A stretch of 32,747 bases of DNA from Deltaproteobacteria bacterium (GTDB lineage Bacteria > Myxococcota_A > UBA9160 > SZUA-336). Below, piece after piece: positions 1 to 8,955 of the stretch (its first letter is position 1; every line of letters starts with the position of its first letter). The stretch lies in the NCBI GenBank assembly GCA_019311115.1, contig JAFDDB010000025.1, positions 1-32,747 of the forward strand, read 5' to 3'. The translations under genes and the position numbers were made by a program. Below the pieces are notes generated by a model. That model saw nothing but the letters and a program-made list of their open reading frames with translations, did not search any database and was not told where the DNA came from.

Positions 1-519
1 CAGCAGGTCGCCGTGCGGGATCGGCTCGTCCGGATACAGGTGGAACCAGCGCTGCCCGCCCTCCCCTTCGGGCCGCGTGTCCCACGCCAGGGGCAGCGCC
101 TGCACGCGTCCGTCCGGGAACCGGACCAGGTACTGCTGGAGCGGCTCGACGCCGAAGGTGTAGGCGACCTCGTAGTCGCGGAGGGCACCGTCGGGTCCGT
201 CCGTGCGCACGACGAACCGCGCGTCGCGCTTCGAGAAGCGCGACGTCACGCCGAGGTGCGTCAGCTCGGCGCCACCGAAGTCACCGAGCACGGTCGACTC
301 TGTCGCGGGCTGCATCGCCAGGTCGTGGTGCGATCCCTGCCACCGCTCGGCCTCGGCCGCGTGGCAGGAAGCGCAGGCCTCGCCCCCGACGAAGGCCGGA
401 CGCACTGCGCCCGCGGGCGCCGGTTCGACGGGGCCCGGCTCGTCGCCGCCCCCACAGCCGAGCATCGCGCTTCCTAGCGCGAGACCGATGCAGACCGTGC
501 GGATGGAGCGCTTGTTCAC
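1..519 (-). CDS. c-type cytochrome family lipoprotein, N-terminal part only (gene continues past the left edge of the window)
   Basis: My own reverse-complement translation from a GTG at 519 gives [30 protein letters not shown]...ACASCHAAEAERWQGSHHDLAMQPATESTVLGDFGG...YEVAYTFGVEPLQQYLVRFPDGRVQALPLAWDTRPEGEGGQRWFHLYPDEPIPHGDLL with no stop down to base 1. It has a signal peptide with a lipobox (LGC) and a CxxCH haem-binding motif. The GTG overlaps the rdgB stop (GTGA). It is not in the supplied ORF track because it has no in-window stop. Confidence 0.5.
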   Translation of the reverse strand, partial: MNKRSIRTVCIGLALGSAMLGCGGGDEPGPVEPAPAGAVRPAFVGGEACASCHAAEAERWQGSHHDLAMQPATESTVLGDFGGAELTHLGVTSRFSKRDARFVVRTDGPDGALRDYEVAYTFGVEPLQQYLVRFPDGRVQALPLAWDTRPEGEGGQRWFHLYPDEPIPHGDLL

Positions 520-1127
520 CCGTCCAGCGGCTGCAGGCGCAAGTGAAGGCGCAGGATCGGGACGAATGCGCGCACCGCGCGGCCGCGGTGGCTGATCGCG
601 GACTTCTCGTTTCCGCTCAGCTCCGCGTTCGTGCGCGTCTCTCCCTCGGGTACGAAGTAGGGGTCGTAGCCGAACCCGGCGCTTCCGCGCGGCTCGTCGA
701 TGATGCGGCCTTCGGAGACGCCGTGCACCGTGGCGACGACCTCGCCCTCCGAGTTGGCCAGCGCCAGTGCGCAGACGTAGCGCGCCGCCCGGTTCTCGAC
801 TCCCTGCAGGTCCGCGATCAGCTTGCGGTTGTTCCCGACGTCGTCGCCATGAACTCCCGCGTACCGCGCGGACAGCACACCCGGCGCTCCGCCCAGCGCG
901 TCGACGACGATCCCGGAATCCTCGCCAAGCGTCCAGAGCCCGGTCGCGCGCGCGGCGTGGCTCGCCTTGATGCCGGCGTTCTCCTCAAACGTCTCGCCGG
1001 TCTCCTCGATGTCGCCGACTTCCTTGTGAGCGCTCAGCGTCTCGAGCGAGATGTCCTCGCCTGCGAGCAGCACCCGAAGCTCGCGGAGCTTGCCGGGATT
1101 CCGGCTGGCGACGAGCAGTCGGCTCAA
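516..1127 (-). CDS. rdgB: dITP/XTP pyrophosphatase (Ham1/RdgB family non-canonical purine NTP pyrophosphatase)
   Basis: The C-terminal ~200 aa of the 516..1934 ORF ([13 protein letters not shown]...[11 protein letters not shown]...SHRGRA) are a full Ham1/RdgB match. I chose the in-frame TTG at 1127, which overlaps the rph stop (TTGA). The upstream part of the long ORF is Arg/Gly junk antisense to rph. Confidence 0.85.
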   Translation of the reverse strand: MSRLLVASRNPGKLRELRVLLAGEDISLETLSAHKEVGDIEETGETFEENAGIKASHAARATGLWTLGEDSGIVVDALGGAPGVLSARYAGVHGDDVGNNRKLIADLQGVENRAARYVCALALANSEGEVVATVHGVSEGRIIDEPRGSAGFGYDPYFVPEGETRTNAELSGNEKSAISHRGRAVRAFVPILRLHLRLQPLDG

Positions 1128-1843
1128 CGCAGCAGGGCCTTGTCTTGCAGCGCGGTGAGCTCGGCGATGCCCTTCGCCGCCAGGTCCAGCATCTGGTCGA
1201 GCTGTGCGCGGTCGAACGTCGCCTCCTCGCCCGTACCCTGCACCTCGACCAGCTTTCCGCTCCCGGTCTGCACGATGTTCATGTCCACGTCGGCACGCGC
1301 GTCCTCCTCGTAGGGAAGGTCGAGCAGCACGTCGCCACCCAGGAGCCCCACCGAGACCGCGGCCACGTTCTCGCGGAGCGGCGAGCGGCGGATCAGCTTG
1401 GCGTCCACCAGCCGCTGGCACGCCAATGCGAGCGCGACCCACGCACCCGTGATCGACGCGGTTCGCGTTCCGCCGTCCGCCTGGAGCACGTCGCAGTCCA
1501 CGTACAGCGCGCGCTCGCCGAGCGCCTCCATGTCGGTCACCGCGCGCAGCGAGCGGCCGATCAGGCGTTGGATCTCCTGCGTTCGCCCCTTGGGACGGCC
1601 GCGCTCCGACTCGCGCTCGGTCCGCGTGTCGGTCGATCCGGGAAGCAGCGAGTACTCCGCCGTGACCCAGCCCCGTCCGGATCCGACCAGGAAGCGCGGC
1701 ACCTGGTCCGCAACGTGCACCGTGCAGAGCACCATGGTGCGCCCCGCACGGATCAAAACCGAGCCCGCTGCGTTCTGCGTGAAGCCCGTCTCGAGCGTCA
1801 CGGGACGCAGCTCGTCGGCCATCCGGCCATCGGTTCGACTCAA
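1124..1843 (-). CDS. rph: ribonuclease PH
   Basis: 239 aa. [29 protein letters not shown] ... [19 protein letters not shown] is collinear with E. coli RNase PH over its full length. Classic rph-rdgB adjacency. The TTG start overlaps the amidase stop. Confidence 0.9.
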   Translation of the reverse strand: MSRTDGRMADELRPVTLETGFTQNAAGSVLIRAGRTMVLCTVHVADQVPRFLVGSGRGWVTAEYSLLPGSTDTRTERESERGRPKGRTQEIQRLIGRSLRAVTDMEALGERALYVDCDVLQADGGTRTASITGAWVALALACQRLVDAKLIRRSPLRENVAAVSVGLLGGDVLLDLPYEEDARADVDMNIVQTGSGKLVEVQGTGEEATFDRAQLDQMLDLAAKGIAELTALQDKALLR

Positions 1844-2709
1844 TGCTCTCCCCCCCCTTCTGCTGCTTGGGCCGGCGGCGGTGTCTTCTCCGCCGCCGCG
1901 CCGCTGCCGCTCCGTCGATCCCCGTTCTGTCCATCGCGGAAGACGCGGACTCCCGCGGCGACCGCTCCGGCGATCGCCCGTTGGTGATCCCTGCTGGCGA
2001 GCTTCCGCTCCTCCTTCGGGTGCGTCAAGAACCCGATCTCGAGCAGCGCCGCGGGCATGTTGACCCGCATCAGCACGACGAAGGGAGCCTGCTTCACCCC
2101 TCGGCCCGGTCCCGGCAGCTCGTCGAGCTGCTGCTGGATCTCGAAGGCCACGTCGCTCGACTCACGCAGGTGGTCGATGCGGATCAGGTCTCCCAGGATC
2201 GCTGCCACGACGTCTCCGCTGTCCGCCGCCGCGTCCGGGCGGTCGAAGACGCCGTTCTCGGTCACGGCCACGTGGTAGGCCTCTTCGTCGCTCGCGTTCA
2301 CCGAGAGAAAGTAGGTCTCGGCGCCACGCACGCCGCTATCGCTCGAGGCGTTGGCGTGGATCGACAGGTAGAGCCCGGCTCGCGCGTCATTTGCTACGTC
2401 GGTGCGCTCGGGTAGCGAGACGAACTCGTCGCGTTCGCGCGTGTAGATCACTCGGAAGCCGTCGCCCTCGAGCGCGGCGCCCAGCTTCAAGGCGACCGCC
2501 AGCACCACGTCCTTCTCGAGCACGCCGCGCGGACCGCGCGCCCCGTAGTCCGGTCCGCCGTGGCCGGCGTCGATCACCACCAGGTCCGGATCGGGCGCCA
2601 GCTCTTGCGGCGCACCCGCATCGGCCTGCGGGGCCGCTCGCGCCGTCACGAGCGCGGCACCGAGGGCGATCGTCACTGCGCCGAGCCGGACTGCCGCCTT
2701 CGCGTTCAC
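1840..2709 (-). CDS. N-acetylmuramoyl-L-alanine amidase (Amidase_3, AmiC-like), secreted
   Basis: 289 aa. N-terminal signal peptide, then an Amidase_3 core ([17 protein letters not shown]...YLSIHANAS...ETYFLS). GTG start. Confidence 0.85.
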   Translation of the reverse strand: MNAKAAVRLGAVTIALGAALVTARAAPQADAGAPQELAPDPDLVVIDAGHGGPDYGARGPRGVLEKDVVLAVALKLGAALEGDGFRVIYTRERDEFVSLPERTDVANDARAGLYLSIHANASSDSGVRGAETYFLSVNASDEEAYHVAVTENGVFDRPDAAADSGDVVAAILGDLIRIDHLRESSDVAFEIQQQLDELPGPGRGVKQAPFVVLMRVNMPAALLEIGFLTHPKEERKLASRDHQRAIAGAVAAGVRVFRDGQNGDRRSGSGAAAEKTPPPAQAAEGGGEH

Positions 2710-2797
2710 GGGCGGCGAAGCTATCGGATGCGCCGGGGGCCGTCACGGGCACGGTGACTCCCGCGGCGACGAATGACATCCGTGAGCGGGTCTGGCC

Positions 2798-3481
2798 TCA
2801 GGCGGAAGCGGAGGGTGGAGTCACCCGGCGCCGCCGCGGGCCGCTTCGGCCGGGCTCACCGGCGCTGCGCAGGTCCTCGAGCGAGTGGATCCCGCGCAGG
2901 CGCGCCCGCGCGAGCAGCTCGGTCCACAGGGCCGACGTCATCTCCGCGTCGCCGAGTGCCCGGTGGCGCGCCTGCCCGCGGATGCCGAGCTGGGCGACCA
3001 GGGCGTCGAGTCCGTGCCGCGGCGCGCGGATCCAGCGGCGCGCGAGCCGCAGCGAGCACAGGAACGGCGGCAGGTCCATGGCGAGCGGATACCGTGCCCA
3101 GGCCCGCTCCAGGAAGCGCCGATCGAAGGGCGCGTTGTGCGCGACTAGCGCCTGCACGCCCTCGCTGCGCACGACCTCGGCGAACGCGCGCAGGGCCGCC
3201 TCTTCGCCCGGCGCGCCCTCGAGGTCGCGCCGCGAGATGCCCGTCAGCGCGACGATCGAGCGTGGAATCGGCGCGGGCACGTCGACCAGCGTCGAGAACC
3301 GGCGCACGACCCGCCCGCCGCACTGCACGACCAGCCCGATCTCGAGAATCAGGTGGTCGTCGGTGGAGAGACCGGTCGTCTCCAGGTCCACGACGCCGAA
3401 CACCGCGCGCCGGGTGGACGTGCCACGGCGCGCCTCGGGCACGCGCAGCCGGCGGTGTAGACTCGCGCGCTCCTCCCCCAC
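2798..3481 (-). CDS. DEDDh-family 3'-5' exonuclease (DnaQ/Pol III epsilon-like)
   Basis: 227 aa. Exo I motif FGVVDLETTGL, Exo II VAHNAPFDRRFL and Exo III HRALGDAEMT are present in order. GTG start. Confidence 0.75.
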   Translation of the reverse strand: MGEERASLHRRLRVPEARRGTSTRRAVFGVVDLETTGLSTDDHLILEIGLVVQCGGRVVRRFSTLVDVPAPIPRSIVALTGISRRDLEGAPGEEAALRAFAEVVRSEGVQALVAHNAPFDRRFLERAWARYPLAMDLPPFLCSLRLARRWIRAPRHGLDALVAQLGIRGQARHRALGDAEMTSALWTELLARARLRGIHSLEDLRSAGEPGRSGPRRRRVTPPSASA

Positions 3482-3542
3482 CGCTTTCTCCCCCCTTTCG
3501 CCCCGCCGACTCTAGCCCAGCCGCGCGACCCGGGCCTGCGCG

Positions 3543-4571
3543 CTAGTCGACAAAGCGCTCCAACAGCTCGGCGGAGAGGCGGGGACAGGCCTCTTCCTCG
3601 CGTCCGAAGACGAGCGCGCGGTGTGCCGCCACCTGGTCGTAGGCGCGGTCGAGCCAGGCGTCGGGGACCGGCCGGAGGGCCGTCGCCGCGGCGCGCCAGA
3701 TCCCGCCGAGGCGCTGCGCCACGTTCTCCACCGCCGCCCAGCGCACGAGGAGTGCACCTGCAGGATCGCGGAGCACGACGCTGTCCGGAAGCTGCGCCCG
3801 CTCGTCGGCGGGCAGCCCCGAACGGAACGCGTCGCTGTCGAGCGGCGCAAAGCGGAACGCCGAGCCGTCCACGTCCTCGGAGATCAGGAAGCGGACGACG
3901 CCGTGGCAGAGACCGCAGTGCCCGTCGTAGAAGACGGTGGCGGGAGCCGCGAGCGGGCGCGGCGGCACCCAGGCGGGGTCGAACGCCAGGAAGTGCAGCA
4001 GCCAGATCGGGACGCCGAGCTCGGGCAGGCCGAAGAGCGACGCCGGGGCGAGCTGGACGGCGATGCCCGCGACCCAGAGCACCGGACGGGCCCGAGCCAC
4101 GCACGCGAGCGGGGCGAAGACCAAGGCGAACGCGAGGCCGGCCCACTGCAGCAGCGAGCGCTCAGCGTCGAGGGCGGCGTACGCGCTTCCGGCGTAACAG
4201 AGCGACAGGGCGACCCACACGGCGGCGAATAGCGCGGGCGGCAGCGCCCAGCCGTGCCCTGCGTCGGTGCGCGCTCGCGCATCCCAGGATCCCCAGGGTG
4301 CGCTCGGCACGAACGCGTGCGCGACCAGGAGCCCGGTGAGGAGCAGCGCTCCCGCGTCCGGCGCCTGCCCCTGGAAGCGGGCGGCCTGGAGTCCCGCGAG
4401 GGCCAGCGCGGCCCAGCGGTCCCGGTAGCCGACTCCCAGCAGCGCCGACAAGACGAGCGAGACGACCCCCAGCCCCAGCGGCGCGGGCGCGCTGGCGGCC
4501 GCAATCGCGGCAGCGGCCGCCAGTGCGGCGCGGAACAGGCTGTACTGCGCCCCCGTCCAGCCGTTCTTCAC
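3543..4571 (-). CDS. polytopic membrane protein with C-terminal DCC1-like (DUF393) thiol-disulfide oxidoreductase domain
   Basis: The C-terminus FYDGHCGLCHGVVRFLISEDVDGSAFRFAPLDSD is the DCC-family CxxC signature. The preceding ~200 aa are hydrophobic with several TM helices. I chose the in-frame GTG at 4571 (VKNGWTGAQYSLF...); the upstream 60 aa of the 401-aa ORF are Arg/Gly-rich and probably not translated. Confidence 0.6.
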   Translation of the reverse strand: MKNGWTGAQYSLFRAALAAAAAIAAASAPAPLGLGVVSLVLSALLGVGYRDRWAALALAGLQAARFQGQAPDAGALLLTGLLVAHAFVPSAPWGSWDARARTDAGHGWALPPALFAAVWVALSLCYAGSAYAALDAERSLLQWAGLAFALVFAPLACVARARPVLWVAGIAVQLAPASLFGLPELGVPIWLLHFLAFDPAWVPPRPLAAPATVFYDGHCGLCHGVVRFLISEDVDGSAFRFAPLDSDAFRSGLPADERAQLPDSVVLRDPAGALLVRWAAVENVAQRLGGIWRAAATALRPVPDAWLDRAYDQVAAHRALVFGREEEACPRLSAELLERFVD

Positions 4572-4789
4572 GCCACGCCCGCGAGCTGTGGCTGCGACAG
4601 GGTCGCCAGGCGGGCATCCGCCATGGTGATCGACATCGCGACAGGCTATCCCCGAGCCGCACACCAGGCGAGGCGCCACGCCACGTCGCCGAGCCGTCGA
4701 AGGCCCGTAGCAGCCCCGACGCGCCTCCGATAACCTCAAGCGCCGCACGCGCCTTCCCGAGGACGAGGACAGTGGTACGCAGCGAGAAA

Positions 4790-6109
4790 ATGGTCCGGAT
4801 CCTGCGCGCGATGATCCGCGACGAGCCGGGTCACATCGGCAAGCTGACGCAGGCGATCGGAGAGGGTGGCGCCGACATCGGCGACATCGTCAAGATCCGC
4901 GCGGCGGGCGAGTACAACGTCCGCGAGCTCGAGCTGTACATCGACAGCGAGGACCAGCTGCGCGTCATCCTCGACCGCGTCGAGGCGATCGAAGGGATCC
5001 GCGTCGACGCCGTCTACGATCCGGTCCTCGAGATCCACCGCGCGGGCAAGATCCGCATGCGCAGCACCGTGTCGATCGAGCGGATCGGCGACGTGCGCAA
5101 GATCTACACGCCGGGCGTCGCCACGGTCTGCCTCGAGATCCAGGCCCACCCCGAGAAGGCCTGGGACTACACGGCGCTCGGGCACACGGTCGCGATCGTA
5201 ACCAACGGAACGGCGGTGCTCGGGCTCGGCAACATCGGCGTGCACGCCGGGCTCCCGGTGATGGAGGGCAAGGCCGTCCTGCTCGACCGCCTGGCCGGGC
5301 TCTCGGGCGTCCCCATCCTGATCCCCTCTCGCGACGCCGACACCTTCGTCGAGACGGTCATCCAGATCTCACCGTCATTCGGCGCCATCCAGATCGAGGA
5401 CGTGGCCGCACCCGAGTGCTTCGAGATCGAGGAGCGGCTGATCGAGCAGCTTCCCATCCCGGTCATGCACGACGACCAGCACGGCACCGCGGTCGTCTGC
5501 CTGGCGGCGCTGCTCAACGCCATGGAGCACACGGGACTGCAGCTCGACCGGCTCTGCATCGGGCTGGTGGGCCTCGGCGCGGCGGGCATGGGAATCGCGA
5601 AGCTCCTGGTCTCGTTCGGCGTCAAAGACCTGGTGGGCACCGACATCAATCGAGAGGCGACGCGGCGCTTCGAGGCGCTGGGCGGGAGCGGTAAGGATCT
5701 GGCGGGCGTCATGTCCCGCGCCCAGGTGGTGATCTCGACGACCGGACGTCCGGGCCTGATCGAGCCCGAGATGGTGCGCGAGGGACAGATCATCTTCGCG
5801 ATCTCGAATCCGGTGCCCGAGATCACGCCGCAGCTGGCGCTCGCGGCCGGAGCGGCGTTCGCCGTGGACGGCCGCTCGGTGAACAACGCCCTCGGCTTTC
5901 CCGGCATCTTCCGCGGGGCGCTCGACGCCCGCACGCGCAGGATCAGCGACGCGATGAAGATCGCCGCCGCGCGCACGATCGCGCAGTTCGCGGAGCCCGG
6001 CGAACTGGTGCCCGCGCTGTTGCACCCCGACGTGCACCACGCCGTGGCCGAAGCCGTGCAGGACGCGGCGCGGGAGCCCGCCGACCCCGACGGCCCCACG
6101 GGTCCATGA
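4790..6109 (+). CDS. NAD(P)-dependent malic enzyme with N-terminal ACT domain
   Basis: MVRILRAMIRDEPGHIGKL (ACT domain) is followed by the malic-enzyme core (IYTPGVA..., NGTAVLGLGNIG..., GLGAAGMGIAKLL Rossmann, NNALGFPGIFRGALD). I used the ATG at 4790; an in-frame GTG at 4772 is an alternative. The 5' 89 codons of the track ORF are antisense to the upstream gene. Confidence 0.85.
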   Translation: MVRILRAMIRDEPGHIGKLTQAIGEGGADIGDIVKIRAAGEYNVRELELYIDSEDQLRVILDRVEAIEGIRVDAVYDPVLEIHRAGKIRMRSTVSIERIGDVRKIYTPGVATVCLEIQAHPEKAWDYTALGHTVAIVTNGTAVLGLGNIGVHAGLPVMEGKAVLLDRLAGLSGVPILIPSRDADTFVETVIQISPSFGAIQIEDVAAPECFEIEERLIEQLPIPVMHDDQHGTAVVCLAALLNAMEHTGLQLDRLCIGLVGLGAAGMGIAKLLVSFGVKDLVGTDINREATRRFEALGGSGKDLAGVMSRAQVVISTTGRPGLIEPEMVREGQIIFAISNPVPEITPQLALAAGAAFAVDGRSVNNALGFPGIFRGALDARTRRISDAMKIAAARTIAQFAEPGELVPALLHPDVHHAVAEAVQDAAREPADPDGPTGP

Positions 6110-7416
6110 AGCACGAGATCCTGCTCGGCGTGGCCCTGGTTCTCGCGGTGAGCGGACCGGCCGCCGCCGACACCGTCAACGGCAAGCCGCCGCGCCTCGC
6201 CCTGGAGATCGCGGCCCCCGCGCAGGGAGCCGTGATCGGCGACCCGGGCGGCATGGCGTTCGTCTCGGGAAGGGCGCTGGCGCTCTACGGCGAGTACCAG
6301 GCGTTCGACATCGTCTTCGTGATCGACACGTCGGACAGCACCGCAGCGCCTTCCGGCGCCGACGTAGACGGCGACGGCAATGTCGGACACCGCAAGGGCG
6401 AGGACTTCCTGTCGATCTTCGGGCGCATCCTGCCGCTGCCGAACAGCGACCGCGGAGACTCCGTCCTGGCGGCCGAGATCGCAGCCGTGGAGACGCTGCT
6501 CGAGCAGCTCGACCCGCGAACGACGCGGGTGGGCGTCGTGTACTTCTCGGGCGACCTGGATCCCATCACGCCCGACGCCGCGACCATGGTCCCCCTGACC
6601 ACCAACTACGACCAAGTGCGCAAGGGCCTCTACGAGATCCTGCGCTACGGCCCGCACGGGCGGACCAACATGCTCGCAGGCGTCAACGTCGGAACGATCG
6701 AGCTGCTCGGCACGCAGAGCGCCTACAGCGAGAAACGGCCGAACGCGCGCAAGGTCATGATCTTCCTGACCGATGGCACGCCGACGCTGCCGATGGAGAG
6801 CTCGCCAAACCAGAACATGCGCATGGCGATCCGCGCGGCCCGCAAGGCGGCGCGCCACGACATCCGCATCGACACCTACGCGATCGGAGAGCGCGCTCTC
6901 CAGGAGCCGGTCGTCGCAGTCGAGATGGCGCACGCGACGCAGGGCGTGTTCACGCCGGTGCGGCAGCCGCGCGACCTGCAGTCGGTCTTCGAGCACGTGG
7001 ATTTCGCGCGGATCGACGACCTGCGCGTACACAACAAGACCACCAGCGACCCCGCGTCCTACGTGCTCCGCAACCCGGACGGCTCTTTCTCGGCGCTGCT
7101 CCCCATGCAGGACGGCGGCAACACCATCGAGGTCTACGCGCGCGCGACCGACGGTACGGAGGCGCGGCGCTTCATCAAGGTCAAGTTCCTGCCCGAGGCG
7201 GGGATGCAGCAGCTCGATGCCCGGCTCGCGGCGCAGCGCAACCGCCTGCTCGAGAGCCGCCTGCTCGACCTGAAGCGGCGCTCGGTCGAGATCTCGACCG
7301 AGCGGGACGAGGGCGTGCGGCGCGACTTGATGGACGAGATCCAGGAGGAGCGCGCCAAGGCCGAGGCCAAGGCGCTCGAGCACCGCAAGCAGCTGGAGAT
7401 CGGGGTCGAGGAGTAG
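6106..7416 (+). CDS. secreted von Willebrand factor type A (vWA) domain protein with C-terminal coiled-coil
   Basis: 436 aa. Signal peptide (LLGVALVLAVSGPAAA), a MIDAS motif DIVFVIDTSDST with downstream T and D ligand positions (VMIFLTDGTPT), and a C-terminal ~90 aa charged heptad-like region (RLAAQRNRLLESRLLDLKRR...EERAKAEAKALEHRKQLE). Its ATG overlaps the malic-enzyme stop (ATGA). Confidence 0.8.
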   Translation: MKHEILLGVALVLAVSGPAAADTVNGKPPRLALEIAAPAQGAVIGDPGGMAFVSGRALALYGEYQAFDIVFVIDTSDSTAAPSGADVDGDGNVGHRKGEDFLSIFGRILPLPNSDRGDSVLAAEIAAVETLLEQLDPRTTRVGVVYFSGDLDPITPDAATMVPLTTNYDQVRKGLYEILRYGPHGRTNMLAGVNVGTIELLGTQSAYSEKRPNARKVMIFLTDGTPTLPMESSPNQNMRMAIRAARKAARHDIRIDTYAIGERALQEPVVAVEMAHATQGVFTPVRQPRDLQSVFEHVDFARIDDLRVHNKTTSDPASYVLRNPDGSFSALLPMQDGGNTIEVYARATDGTEARRFIKVKFLPEAGMQQLDARLAAQRNRLLESRLLDLKRRSVEISTERDEGVRRDLMDEIQEERAKAEAKALEHRKQLEIGVEE

Positions 7417-7419
7417 GCC

Positions 7420-7956
7420 TCAGGCCCCGGCCTGGACGTCGCCCTCGGCTGCGGCGGGCGGCTCCGCCTCTTCGGTCTGCTGCGCGCGGCGCTTCTCGAG
7501 CTGCTTGCGCCGCGCCTTGGTGTACTTGTCGTAGCGGGCGGGCTGCTTCTCGCGCAGCCAGTCGAAGTACTGGTCCGGCTTCTCGAAGTGGTACTTCCAG
7601 GCGCGTTCGCGGGTGGTGCGCTCGCACTCGTTCCAAGAGAAATCCGAGCAGATCTTCGGCCGTTCCTCGTAGATGCCGCAGGTCTTCTCGTCGGTCACGT
7701 GCTCGCAGACCGTGCGGAACTCGATGAACCAGTCGCCCTCCCAGTCGATGTAGACGGAGACGTCGCGGTGGGTCAGGTACCAGAAGACGTGCTCGATGTC
7801 CTCGAACGACGTCGGGTGATCGATCTCGACCGCGAGGTACGTGCAGCACTCGCCGCAGTCGTTGCACGTGTGGGTGCCGGGCAGCTCCAGGAGCGGCAGC
7901 TCCATCGTGTCTTCGGGCTCACCGGTGTCGCCGCGGTGTCCGTTCGATTTCGCCAT
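7420..7956 (-). CDS. YkgJ/UPF0153-family putative Fe-S/zinc-binding protein (CxxCxxCC)
   Basis: I chose the ATG at 7956 (MAKSNGHRGD...) with GGAGG upstream. The signature CNDCGECCTYLAVEI, a second Cys cluster (CEHVTDEKTCGIY...ICSDF) and a basic tail are present. The rest of the 449-aa track ORF is Arg-rich overlap with the neighbouring gene. Confidence 0.7.
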   Translation of the reverse strand: MAKSNGHRGDTGEPEDTMELPLLELPGTHTCNDCGECCTYLAVEIDHPTSFEDIEHVFWYLTHRDVSVYIDWEGDWFIEFRTVCEHVTDEKTCGIYEERPKICSDFSWNECERTTRERAWKYHFEKPDQYFDWLREKQPARYDKYTKARRKQLEKRRAQQTEEAEPPAAAEGDVQAGA

Positions 7957-7994
7957 CGGGCCTCCAGGAGAACGGGCAGAGAAGTACGGGCAGC

Positions 7995-8903
7995 TTAGCC
8001 GCCGGGCTTCTCCTTCTCCACCCGGGGACTTCCCCAGAAGCGGAGCGGAACCTCGAGATCCAGGAAGCCCTCGACCCGTCGCACGCGTTCGGACACCACC
8101 TTCATCCAGTACTGCGTTCCGTCGTGCACCGCGCGGGTGCGCTCCTCGACCGTCAGGTAGGCGACGTCCGAAGGGTTGTAGAGGACGCCGTCGGCGGCGA
8201 GCCGCCGTCCGATCTCGGCACTGCAACGCTGCTCGAACGCGATTGCCGCGCGCACGCGGGCATCGGCGCGAAACGCCTCTTCGCCGAGCATCCGGAGCGA
8301 GAAGTACGGCATGAGAAGCTCCACCCAGGCCCGCTCGTCGAGCAGGCCACGCGAGAGCTCGGCCGTCGCGCGGTCGCGCCAGTCGCCGTCGATCGCGTCG
8401 GCGAGCAGGGCCTCGCCGGTGTCCTCCGCGCGCTGCAACCGGGCCAGCAGCCGCCCGCGACGCATGCGCACCCGGAACGACTCCCAGAGCTCCGGAAGCC
8501 GGCCGAAGCCCGTGTCGGGGAGACCGGCGAGCGCGGGATCCGGAGGCTCGCCGGTCAGGTTGGCGCGCAGCCTCTCCCAGGCATGCGCGTTCAGCGCGAT
8601 CCGCCCGTAGTGGAGGGAGACCTGGCGCTCCGGACGATGCCGCGCCAACAGACCGAGCCCTTCCCAGATGCGCCCGAGCGCGCGGTCCATCGGCCGGACC
8701 AGGCGCGAAGCCATCGCCGGGGTCGCGACCCCGTCGAGAGGAGACGCGAGCGGCTCCCGCGTCTGGCACGGGTAGACGGGATCGGGAGGGGTCGTGACGG
8801 GATACGCCGGGTCGGCGAACTCGTCGGGCTCGATGCGCCCCCCCACGTCTGGCGCAGCGTCGGACTCCGCGTCGGACTCGAGCGCTTCCCCCCCAGGATG
8901 CAT
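7995..8903 (-). CDS. hypothetical protein (acidic, Pro-rich N-terminus; no family recognised)
   Basis: 302-aa ORF with a protein-like composition (W/Y/F present: LYNPSDVAYLTVEERTRAVHDGTQYWMKVVSERV). It sits co-directionally between the Cys-peptidase and YkgJ genes with short gaps. The start is uncertain; an internal Met (MASRLVRPMDRAL, about 8714) is possible. The antisense + ORF 8124..9146 is Arg-rich junk. Confidence 0.45.
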   Translation of the reverse strand: MHPGGEALESDAESDAAPDVGGRIEPDEFADPAYPVTTPPDPVYPCQTREPLASPLDGVATPAMASRLVRPMDRALGRIWEGLGLLARHRPERQVSLHYGRIALNAHAWERLRANLTGEPPDPALAGLPDTGFGRLPELWESFRVRMRRGRLLARLQRAEDTGEALLADAIDGDWRDRATAELSRGLLDERAWVELLMPYFSLRMLGEEAFRADARVRAAIAFEQRCSAEIGRRLAADGVLYNPSDVAYLTVEERTRAVHDGTQYWMKVVSERVRRVEGFLDLEVPLRFWGSPRVEKEKPGG

Positions 8904-8955
8904 TCCCGCAATGTAGGGAACGCGTCCGCGTCCTGCCTGCGCAGGGCGCGGCGGA

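Noticed and set aside
13-595. + strand ORFs 13..477 and 203..595 at the left edge.
   Set aside because: They are antisense to the edge-truncated cytochrome c lipoprotein gene whose minus-strand translation has a signal peptide and CxxCH. The + ORFs are Arg/Pro-rich.
4523-4789. N-terminal 89-codon extension of the malic-enzyme ORF.
   Set aside because: Arg/Ser/Pro-rich, and it overlaps the divergent membrane/DCC gene. A proper ACT-domain N-terminus begins at MVRILRAM (4790).
5167-7383. 738-aa minus-strand ORF antisense to the malic enzyme and vWA genes.
   Set aside because: Low-complexity, Arg/Ala/Gly-rich translation. The sense-strand genes have clear family motifs.
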